64,000 bases of DNA, from NCBI RefSeq assembly GCF_036588685.1, contig NC_086379.1, positions 24,614,001 to 24,678,000 of the forward strand, written 5' to 3'. The notes beneath the pieces were generated by a model. That model saw only the letters and a list, made by a program, of their open reading frames with translations, searched no databases and was not told where the DNA came from. The DNA is from Mytilus trossulus (Eukaryota). Both the position numbers and the translations under genes were made by a program. Below are positions 27,389 through 38,710 of this stretch, piece by piece; the first letter of the stretch is position 1, and every line of letters starts with the position of its first letter.

Positions 27389-28163
27389 AGATATAGGAAG
27401 ATGTGGTGTGAGTGCCAATGAGACAACTCTCCATCCAAATAACAATTTAAAAATTAAACCATTATAGGTTAAAGTACGGCCTTCAACACGGAGCCTTGGC
27501 TCACACCGAACAACAAGCTATAAAGGGCCCCAAAATTACTAGTGTAAAACCATTCAAACGGGAAAACCAACGGTCTAATCTATATAAACAAAACGAGAAA
27601 CGAGAAACACGTATATATTACATAAACAAACGACAACTACTGTACATCAGATTCCTGACTTAGGACAGGTGCAAACATTTGCAGCGGGATTAAACGTTTT
27701 AATGGGCCCAAACCTTCTCCCTTTTTCTGAAACAATAGCATAACATCACAACATATAAATGCATACGATAAAATATCAATTAGCAGACTTAACTCAATCA
27801 AAAAACGTATGATTACACAAAGAACGAATAAATTTGATCTGCGATATCTGAATACAAATGCACAGTTAATTAAATATTAGAGACAAACAGTCATGACCAA
27901 AAGGCTATCAAATAAATTCAAACACACTGAGAAATATTTAACCAATCAATGTTCACTTTAGAAAAAAACCGGTTTTTTATAATCTTGAAGTTTATACAAA
28001 TGTTGTAAGAATAAGTGAAAAATTGAAGATATTACAAATAATCAAAGCTGGTATACAGCCAAGATCCATATAAATAAAAAATGACAAAAAAGCATTATAA
28101 ACAGTATCAACAGGTCGAATTAACAAGAAAATACGATTTGAGAGTACTCGCAGTTACTGACAG
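27389..28163 (-). mobile_element. Non-coding Penelope-like 3'-end element (family 3) inserted in a local duplicate
   Basis: Shares the GAGTACTCGCAGTTA motif and the terminal GTTGTCTCATTGGCA block with the 3' UTR of 30975-32440. It is absent from the duplicate segment at 28882-29180. Confidence 0.7.
27647..27730 (-). ncRNA. Putative type P5 twister ribozyme (family 3)
   Basis: Minus strand: UCAGA AAAA GGGA GAAGG UUUGGGCCCAUUAAAACGUU UAA UCCC GCU GCAAAUGUUUGC A CCUG UCCUAAGU CAGG AA UCUGA. Compensatory changes relative to family 1 in P2, P3, P5 and pseudoknot T1. Predicted cut between 27692 and 27691. Confidence 0.7.
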
Positions 28164-30974
28164 CATGAATATATTTATAAATATTTATTCACAAAAATAG
28201 ACAAATGAAAAGGTTAACATGAAGTAGTTACAATATGTTTGTACCAAATCATTCCATGGACAACTCAATTTTAAGGCATAAAATGTTAAAAACACGATTG
28301 TCATAAACGGTCATCGTGAAATAGTAGTAAATGTAGAACAATTTGAATGTTTGTTTATGAAGGTAACCTTCAAAGCAGATATGACTGTATTGCACTTCTG
28401 ATAACAACAAAAAGTGTTTCATGAACAACGAAGCGCCTCATAATATGAAATAAACAAAGTTGAATATGGTAAAGTGATTAAAAAAAGTTAAATCACAAAA
28501 TGTCGAACTCCGAGGAAAATTCAAAACGGCAAGTTCTTAATCAAATTGCAACATAAAAAAATAAACACATTAAACAAAGTTGAATATGGTAAAAGGATTA
28601 AAACAAGTTCAATCCCAAAATGTCGAAAGTTCAAAACAGAAAGTTCCTAATGAAATGGCAAAATGACAAAAATAAACACATCAAACGAATGGATAACGAA
28701 TGTTAAGTTCCTGACTTGCTATCTCGACGACAAATTAGGATTTAACAAAATTCTTCAAGATTACAATATGCTGTGTATTAAGATTTCCAAACGAAAGATA
28801 TTATTTATTAGTGACTAGGTGTATTTCTTGTTGACATTTATTGTTTGTAGTTTTTCTTATATTTGATATTATAAGTTTCAACGGAGTAAGATATTTTTGG
28901 AATTTTATTTTTAATCTGTTTTGTATGTTTTTTCAACCCTTTGGTTAGGTTATATACCTCTAAAAAAAAAGATGAATGCATTATTATTCAATCTTGTTTT
29001 TATCATTTACTTCAGTGCTTTGCCTTTATATTGCTTACTGTTTGTTAAACAACGACAAGCAATTATTCTTTAGTGACCTTGGAGCTTTTGACTATAATGA
29101 ACCATTAACATAATTATAAATATTTATTCACAAAAATAGACAAAATGAAAAGGTTAACATGAAGTAGTTACAATATGTTTAAGTAGCTATAGATGCACTC
29201 AATATTTTCAAGGCTATTGAATATTTTATATTTCAGAACAATTTGATAACAACCTCAAGATGGAATAATTTTCTGTAAAACATTAATCAGTTAAGGATGC
29301 ATGTGTAACATTATTGTTTTAACAGATTGTTATTTAAGTGATCTATTTTTTTTATCGACATTTGACCAATCTTTTGACATCATTTTTCTTTCTTTTTGAT
29401 TTGTCCGCCCGAAATCCTCTTCCTTTCACTTCACTTAATGGTAATAAAAACATTGATGTTTAAAATAACAGAGGAATATGATATTAAAGAAAACAGTATT
29501 GAAAAGAGAATGCAAGAACAACAAAATGTATAACGTCGTTGTATTCATTGATTAGATATTCTTTTTGCATTCGCCTTCAAATTCATGAAATATAACATGT
29601 AATAAATCATAAATAGTCAAAAATAAATTAAACGAATAAACACAAATGGAATTCGATATGTTCTTTTTTGTCTGAGAGCATATACATCAAATAGAAAGGG
29701 GGACTTTGATTACAGACAAGAAACACTATTCTTTCATAATAGAATGTTGAAATATTGATAAATATTGCATTTATAAGATTGAAAAATTATATTTCATTAT
29801 AAAGATAAGAATCAGGTTTCTTTTAAACAGTTGTATCATTGGTTCTATGTTTGGGCTTGTTGTTTATGTCTTCAAACATGACTCATTCATCGATTGATTT
29901 AGTTTTTCAAAGTCAATTTAGATTTTGAATATTCATGTCAATAAGCTTCGAAGAATTCACACAACAGTTGATACCGCTTTATGTAATTACATGAGTTGGT
30001 ATTCGATATATATTCCTCTGCTTGGGAACTGAACAATCCATATATATGGTGTCTTCCTTTGAGATGTCTCGTTGGAAGCCAGTATTTCATATTTTAGTAT
30101 AATAAAGAAGGTCTTTGTTGACTTTAATCTCTTAGATATTTATAAAGTAAGGTTATTGATCTCTTGGTTTTGATCATTCCTGATTATCTTTATTCCAAGA
30201 AAAACGTGCTGAGTGCTCCGAGTTAAACTGGATTCAACCTAATTGGAAGTCACGTCATTAAGTTATAATCTTAATAGGTGCAAAAGATTATGACATTTCA
30301 TTATTTCCTTTCAAACGAACAAAGAAATAACACGACGGGTGCCATATACGGTACAGGAAATGCTTACCCTTTCGGAGCACCTGATTTCGATCCCGGTTTT
30401 TAGTTGAGTTCGTGTTGTTTCTTATTTCTTATTTATAACTGTTGTTGTAAATGTCCCTTGATTTTGTGAGTCTTTGTTTACTCCTTGGTGTTGATTGTTA
30501 TTGTCACCTAAACCTTTGCTTTTCAGAAAATAGACTTTCGTAACTAGGGAGACATATGATAAACTGAAGAAAATAAACATTCATTCAAAACAATCGTTAT
30601 ATCATATTGACAAATATAAAATATAATCGACTCACATGTTTTTTTTTGTAATAGCGGTCATGATCACCCAGGAGGATGTTCCATTTATTTTAAGAATAAA
30701 AAACAATGTATTGAATCATTGGAAAAGTATAAAAGTAGTAGTTATGTGAAATTTTCCTGTTACTATTGAAACTACAGTGAATTTAACATATTTCATCAAA
30801 AATGATCCAGATGGTGAAATAAGCAAATTAACATCTAACCAGACCTCTTTTTATAAACTCATAAGAATATTCATGGGATAGTCCTTAACTGCAACTTTGA
30901 CTTGATTGACATACTGGAGGTCTGTTGTTACTTTTTTTTAACGTTTTTCCGTTGTATCAATAATCACGGAACAG

Positions 30975-32440
30975 ATGTTTTGTACTACCTGTACTGTTAC
31001 GAATCACAATGTATGACTAAACTCAGTAAAGACCCGTCAAAATTGCATTTAATTCATAAATTCAACAACACTTACCGTTATCTTGATGATATGTTTTTGT
31101 AAGTTAATCAAGAATTTTCTCAATTTACTGCTGAAATTTACCCCAAGGAACTTACTTTAAATAAATCAAATGTATTCGGTAATAACTGTCCTTTCCTGGA
31201 TTTAATTCGGTTTTAAACGAAAAACTACACACTAAAATTTACGACAAAAGAGACGATTTTTCGTTACCTATTGTTAATTTTTCATTTTTAGATGGGGATG
31301 TTCCTTTGGCACCATCTTATGGTGCTTATATTTCACAACTTGTTCGCTATGCCCGTGTTTGTTGTGACATTTTTGAATTTAACGATCGCAACCTATGTAT
31401 TACTGGTAAATTATTAAACCAGGGATATCTTTACCATAAATTACTTAAAACCTTTACTAAAGTTTTCCATAGATATAAATATTTGGTTTTGAAGTTTGGT
31501 TGTACCTGTAGAAAACTTATTTCAAACGGGATAGCACATCCTCATTACGGAAATGCTGTTAACCGTGCCCGGAAATTTAGAAATGATCCTTGTAACCTTG
31601 TTGCTCCGTTAAATAAACTTATTCTAAAAGGTTACCTATTCAACATTGTAATAAGATCATTGAATATTGTTTTTATTGGTATAAATATTGATTTTGTTAT
31701 CAGTAGATTAAAAGCTAAATAAATACCACTAGTATGTTTGAACATATAGATTTTCATGAATCTACAATCTGTCGATACCTGTAACTTGGCATTGCACAAG
31801 GTCATGATTTTATCTGGCTGTTTATGACGTCTTTACACTAAATCCATTGTATGTTGGATGTGTACGGATTGAGTGTTTAGTCTTAGAGGCATGATTTTTT
31901 TTATAAGTTGTTAGTGGCTTTGAACTAGCTGTCAGATAACTGCGAGTACTCTCAGATCTGTTCATTGTGTCTTTTTGTGTCGGGATGTATAAGTACCCGG
32001 CCACGTCTACTTAAATTTTTAGTTTATCTGATGAGTTAAGCCTTTTTCAACTGATTTTTATAGTTCGTTCTTATGTTGTTCTGTTATACCACTGTCCCAG
32101 GCTAGGGGAGGGTTGGGATCCCGCTAAAATGTTTAACCCCGCCATATTAATCATGCATGTGCATGTCCCAAGTCAGGAGCCTGTAATTCAGTGGTTGTCG
32201 TTTGTTTATGTGTTACATATTTGTTTTTCGTTCATTTTTTCACATAAATAAGGCCGTTAGTTTTCTCGTTTGAATTGTTTTACAATGTCTTATCGGGGCC
32301 TTGTATGGCTGACTGTGCGGTATGGGCTTTGCTCATTGTTGAAGGCCGTACGGTGACGACCTATAGTTGTTAATGTTTGTGTCATTTTGGTCTTTTGTGT
32401 ATAGTTGTCTCATTGGCAATCATACCCCATCTTCTTTTTT
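30975..32440 (+). mobile_element. 5'-truncated Penelope-like retroelement (frameshifted RT plus 3' UTR)
   Basis: LYCYESQ, NTYRYLDD, CPFLDL, YDKRDDF and APSYGAYISQLVRYARVC. The ORF ends at 31722 with no C-terminal GIY-YIG domain. The ~720-bp 3' UTR is also present at 42215-42780 and 9530-9790. Confidence 0.85.
32089..32194 (+). ncRNA. Putative type P5 twister ribozyme (family 2)
   Basis: CCACUG..CAGGCU A GGG GAGGG UUGGGAUCCCGCUAAAAUGUU UAA CCCC GCC ..P3.. G CAUG UCCCAAGU CAGG AGCCUG..CAGUGG. One P4 mismatch in this copy. Predicted cut 32134/32135. Confidence 0.6.
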
Positions 32441-35400
32441 ATATGCTAAGGGGCCAACTGAAGTCCGCCTCCAACGCGGGGTTTTGTCGCTGTTTTGGAG
32501 ATTCATTTGTGGGATTCTGCTGTTTGATGCTTTTTGGTCGGGTTGTTTTTTATTTGACTCATTCCCAATGTTCCTTTTTAATTGTATTGCCGATTGACAC
32601 GCTTGCATTCTACTTCATAATATTTTGTGTGATGTTTATAAAATTAATATTTTTAACTGTTATGGTTATTTTGATAACAATCACTGTCTATGTGTCTTAT
32701 TTCATTACACTTTCTATGAGTTAATACATTAATATGACTACAAACCAATTTATTTAACAATCATATGATATAGAACTTGATAGGAGATCTCATCTTCATC
32801 AATTTATCTGTCAACATAACATTGATCAACAATTAAATCATAGAATCTCTGTTACGATGTAACCTAGCAGTATACTAAATTGATATCTATAAAAAGATAA
32901 AACGTAGTATTGTCATATGAAAATACATTAATGACTTTTTGTTCTATTTTTATGATTGTATCATGGTGAGTATAAAACAATCGTGGCTTTTTAATGAAAA
33001 AAAGGAGTCGTTTTGATCCTTCTTTTGTAAAAACTCAGTGCTTAAGAACTTTGTGTGATCTTCAACATTTAAATGGAAAAAAAAATCATTTATATTTCCC
33101 TTGTATGCCATTCGTATTTGTCTAATTTACTTTAAATAAATTTGATATGATTGTTTTGCATTAAGCGATTAATACTTAACTACTAGATGCCCAGGAGAAC
33201 TGTTTGATTACATGTGTAAGTTTTATGACATTAACAATGTCAATCTTTAGTTAAAGCATTTCGAGGGTCATTGTTTGAATCAGAGAGCTTACGGTCATTA
33301 GGTGTCCCAAAGCATGGCAATACTTAAACTCTTACATAAACATGTAAGTATTCCTTTATAGAGAAAAAGGTTGAATAAATCTTCTTATGTATATAGGCAA
33401 TCAGACATGGTTTGAAAAAGGTATTACCGCATAAAAGAATTTATTAATAAAAACTACTTCTATATACAAAAAACGGTTACTAGTATATAAGAGTTACTCT
33501 TCCAATAACTTTCGGACACTTTTTTAGTTTTCAATTCATCCATTTTTGCTGACCATATATGTCAAGTTCGAAACCACAAATGAATCTCTTGTCGACAAAA
33601 TACGCATATGGCTTACTCAAAACCTGTTCTTATATAAATAAGTTGAAAATCTGCAGAAATTTGAACTCAGTGTGAATGTTGCTTCGACAGAGTTCAAGCC
33701 TCTTGCCATACATGCATCACCTCTTCCATATTGATTTACAAAATTTGAACATTCGTAAACTATTGTCATCTGAATTCCCCTAATTATAAACCTGGTATCT
33801 CAGATGAGTTTTTATATCCAATTCATATGGTGTTGTTAAAACTTGTACCAATTCCTTTCCATTTACAACTCAAATTGTTAAAAACAAGTTTGCCATTAAC
33901 GGCGTTCTCAAGCTAACGAAAATTAATACAAGTATTCATCGTGAAATTTAGTAAATGTAGAACAATGAGAATGTTTAGTTTAAAGAGGTAACCTTCAAAG
34001 TAGGTATGACTGTATTGCAGTTCTGATAACAACATTAAGTGTTTCATGAACTAAGAAACTCCTCATAATATGAAATAAACAAAGTTTAATATGGTGAAGT
34101 GATTAAAAAAACTAAATCACAAAATGTCGAACTCCGAGGAAAATTCAAAACGGAAAGTTCCTAATCAAATGGCAAAATCAAAAAATTAAACACATCAAAC
34201 GAATGGATAACGACTGTCCAATTGACTTGCTATCTTGATGATAATGTAAGATTTAACAAAATTCTTAAAGATATAGCCATCAAGAATACAATATGCTGTG
34301 CATTAAAATTTCCAAACAAAAGGCATTATTTATTGGTGACTTGTTGTATTTCTTATTGACATTTATCGTTTGTAGCTTTTTCTTATATTTGATGTTTTAT
34401 GAGAAGGATTTTTTGACGTTTTAAATCTTGAGTAAACATGCAAAAATCCAAGCAAAGATAAATAAATTCCATATAAAACGGTTTTTTTTGTATGATATTA
34501 ACGCAAATCAAACGGTAATTTGATAATTTAGTAGATGTCAATGTGTAAACACGATTGGCTTATTTTCAAAGCGTACCTTCTCAGGGGCCATACAACTATT
34601 TATAATCACATTACTTCAGAAAGATGCAATTCAGCACTATGATTTAATGGAATAGTCATGTATTGCTTCTTTGGCTTTTTTTGACATACTGGATGTCTGG
34701 TTTTTTTCTTTAGTTTAACTTTTTCGTTTGTATCAGAAAACAATAAAATGTACCAAGTTAGGAAATGGTCATTGTTACATTATAGTTCGTTTCTGTGTGT
34801 GTTACGTTTCAGTGTTGTGTTTCTGTTGTGTCGTAGTTCCCTTATATTTGATACGTTTCCCACAGTTTTGATTTGTAACTCGGATTTGTTTTTTCTCTAT
34901 CGATTTATGAATTTCGAACAGCGGTATACTACTCTTGCCTTTATGTATCGATATTTACGAAATGGGTATTTGTACACATTTATGTTTTGCAACCTTCTGA
35001 AGCAGGTTTACAAGTTTTGTGATTTTCACGCTGTGCTGATGACCCATTTGTGGCCTTAGGCTGATTTCTGCTCTTTGATACTCTTGTTGTATCTGTGACA
35101 CATTCCCAATATCCATTTTCAATTACTTGCGTGCGTTTTATTACATGGTATATCCAAACGTTTTTGAATGAAGTTTATATAATTAAAATTTTTAACTTAA
35201 GTTTATATAATTATTATGTTTAACAGTTAGTGTTATTTGGATAACATTCATTGACTATGTGTCCTCTGTTATTATACTTTCTATGAATAAATACATTGAT
35301 ATGACTACAAACCAATTTAGTTAACAATCATATGACATAGAACATGATAGGAGATCTCATCTTCATCAATTCATCTGACAATATAACAATGATCAACTAT

Positions 35401-37029
35401 AACATAATAAGATCTCTGTTACCATGTTACCTAGCAGTATACTAAATTGATATCTATAATAAAAAGATAAAACGTAGTATTGTAATATGAAATGTCATAT
35501 GTAATGTTTGTTCTTTTCCATGAATGTTTCATGGTGAGCATAATAGTTATCAAAGATACCAGGATTATAATTTAATACGCCAGACAAAACAATCGTGACA
35601 TTTTGATGAAAACAAAAGAGTCGGTTTGATCTTGCTTTTGTAACAACCCGGTGCTTGAGACCTTTGAGTGATCTTCCATATACAAATCAATGAGACCACT
35701 TATAAATTTAGCTTTTATGCCATTCGCCTTTGTCCAATTTGCTTTAAATAAATTAAATATGGTTGTTTTGCATTATAGCGATTAATACTTAACTACTAGA
35801 TGCCCAAGAGAACTGTTTGATTACATGTGTTATTTTAATGACAATTTATAATGTCAATCTTTGGTTAAAGCATTTCCAGTGTCATTGTTTGAATCAAAGA
35901 GATAACGGACAACAGTTGCCCGGAAGCATGGCAATACTTAAACTCTTACTAAAACATTTAAGCCTTCCTAAGTAAAGTAAAAATCATATATGTAGGCATT
36001 TTCGATTTTAATTGATTTATTAAAACAAAAAAAATATATTTACTTATTGCCTTATGTTCTTAAAAATTTAAACAATGTACATCTTGTCTTTAAAAACATT
36101 GTCGGTCGGGTATGTGATTCTTGTTTATCATTTGTTATATACATTTGATTTTCCGGTTTGAATTGTTTCACAGTAATCCTTTTAGGGCTCTTTATAACTT
36201 GCCGTCGATATGATCCAATTCACCGTGTAATAAGTCGTGCTTTGTCCTATAATTGTTTTCTTTAGAACGTTGTGACATTGGCACTCATACCACACCTTCT
36301 TATTTCTATATACACTAAGACACGGTCTGGAAAAGGTGTTACCCCAAAATATTTGACTAAACTAATTTGTTAATAAAGACTGTCTACTTATAAAAAAAAG
36401 GGCTATTTAAGAATCACTTGGTCTCTTGTTTTCGGACAATATATCGCAAATTGTTTTCTATCAATGTATTCAATTTGGCTGATAATATTTTTTTCAAATT
36501 CGATGAACACTAATGAACCTTTTGTCGATAAAATACGCATCTGGCTTCCTCTAAACCAAATCCAACAGAAATAAGTGGGAGATCGCCAGAATCGTTAACT
36601 AGATTGCAAGAGACCCTTACGTTGTTTACATAATATGTCTCGCTCCCATCGTCCCTATCTATTCACGAAATTGAACATCGGTATAGAACTGTAACCTTTA
36701 TAATACATCAAATTCCTAACAGCATCTCAATAGTTTTTATATCCTATTTATATTGTGATCCTAAAAATAGTACCAATTCATTCCATAAGCATCTCCATTG
36801 TTATGCATAAATAGTTAAACACTCTTTTTCATTAACGGCACGCGGGATCTGATGAAATCAAAAAAAGTAATACGTGTCGTTAAATAGGAATAAATCTAGC
36901 CAAAATGGAACTGTTTTGATTGATAGAGGTGACCTTTTTAGGATGTTTGATTGTACTTCACTTCTGATAACAAAATTAAGTGTTTCATGAACTATAAAGC
37001 GCCTCATAAGCCTCATAATATTAAATAAA

Positions 37030-37182
37030 AAGGTTTGGCACAACTTTTTGAAATTTTGGATCCTCAATGCTCTTCAACTTCGTATTTGTTTGACTTTATA
37101 AATATTTTGATATGAGCATCACTGGTGAGTCTTGGGTAGACGAAACGCGCGTTTGGCTTACTAAATTATAATCCTGGTACTA
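37030..37182 (+). mobile_element. Truncated hammerhead retrozyme copy, core mutated
   Basis: CUGGUGA GUC..GAC GAAA CGCGCG UU at ~37115-37158; inserted within one copy of the local duplication. Confidence 0.65.
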
Positions 37183-38259
37183 TTAAATATGGTAAAGTGA
37201 TAAAAAAAAACATAAATAAAAAAATGCCGAACTTCGAGGAAAATTTAAAACGGAAAGTCCCTAATCAAAAGTTTTAACACAGTAAATGAATGAATAACAA
37301 CTGTCATAGTCATCATATATATAGTACCTTTATGAAAAAGAAGTATTAGGGAAATCCTTTAAGATTTTACAATAAAGATTACAGTATGCTGTGCCTTAAA
37401 TTTCCAAATGAAAGGAATTATTTATTTGTGACTTAGTGTGTAACGTATTGACGTTTATCGTTTGCAGGTTGTTTTATTTTTGATTTTGTATGAGAAAAAA
37501 TGATTTGTGTATGTTTTAAATCGTTAGTAAACATGCATATATCCATTCAAAAATAAATTAATTCCAAAAAAATCCAAACGGTTTATCATTTTGTGGTGTG
37601 CATGATATTTCAAGGTTTAATCACTATTTGCTTACTTTTAAAGTATACGTACTCAGAGGCCATACAACCATTTATGAGCTGACTTATCAAAGTACTAGAG
37701 TACAAATTGAACTTAGCAATCAAAGAATGTGAAGTTATTCATTGTTAACTTCATTTCTTGATAGTTGAAGCTAAAATAAATGATGGAATAACACTTTTTT
37801 CAAAAAAGTCATAAAACTCATAGAAATACCTCAATACGAAGTAAACGGTAATTATATTAAATCAAAACTTCAAATATTTAAATAACCACGGTCGCAGATA
37901 CATTAGTTCCATTCCATAATTTCAACTACTAACCGTTCTACCTCTAGAATAACAGAGTGCTTACTCATATCCTTTGTTTTCTTAATCTTTATTTAAAATT
38001 AAACGGAAAATGAAAACAATGTTAGATATTTTACAACGATTTAAACATTTATACGGTTCAAAATGTAGAACAGATCTCGGAAACCGATAGGAGTCATTAT
38101 GTCATTAAGTTTACCATTTGGTGTGTTTGAATTCTTTTTTATTATTATTATTATTAAGAGAGCTGAGCCTTATAACGGTTGACGCCAATAATGTTTAAAA
38201 CATAAATTCTCAAGGAACTGTTTAAATTGAAAAGGACCTACACGATACGACAAATCAAA

Positions 38260-38710
38260 AAGACCAGCTTTGCCTAAGGGAGGGTTTGAATAAAGATAAG
38301 ACATATCCACCTTAAGTCAATTTTGTCTGAGAGAGTTCGAACCGACATAGGACAACTATACCGAATGACAACTTTGCCTGAGAGATTTTGAACCAAGACA
38401 AGACAAATCAGTCAACTTTGCCGGAGGAAATTTGAACCCATATAAGACAAATCTACCTACGATCAACTTTGCCTTAGGTAATTGGAATCAAGATGAGACT
38501 ATCCACCTAAGAATCACTTTACCTAAGGGAATTGAAACCAAGATAAGACAAATGCAACTTGGGTCAACTTTGCCTATGGTAACTAGAACCAAGATAAGGC
38601 AAATTCACATTGCCTAATGTTATTGAAACCAAGATGTGACAAATCAATCTAAGCTCAACTTTGCCTGCAGGAATAGAAACCAAGATGAGACTAATCCAAC
38701 TAGGACCAAC
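38260..38710. repeat. Degenerate ~50-bp minisatellite, about 9 copies
   Basis: Recurring CAACTTTGCCTAAGGG..GAACCAAGATAAGACAAATC at roughly 38268, 38320, 38372, 38415, 38466, 38516, 38567, 38608 and 38658. Confidence 0.8.

Larger units (their letters stand above)
28240..37680. repeat. Diverged local tandem segmental duplication, ~2.6-kb unit
   Basis: Blocks recur in order: ~32590-34740 versus ~35130-37670, with partial copies at 28240-28870, 30890-30960 and 21400-21660. Example: ATAGGAGATCTCATCTTCATCAATT at 21577, 32780 and 35347. Confidence 0.75.

Noticed and set aside
32025-32065. CTGATGAG in the Penelope-like 3' UTR as a hammerhead
   Set aside because: No GAAA after the stem and no stem III or NUH site.
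38260-38710. Regularly spaced repeats as a CRISPR-like array
   Set aside because: The whole unit is repeated and degenerate, with no unique spacers and no cas genes, in a eukaryotic context.
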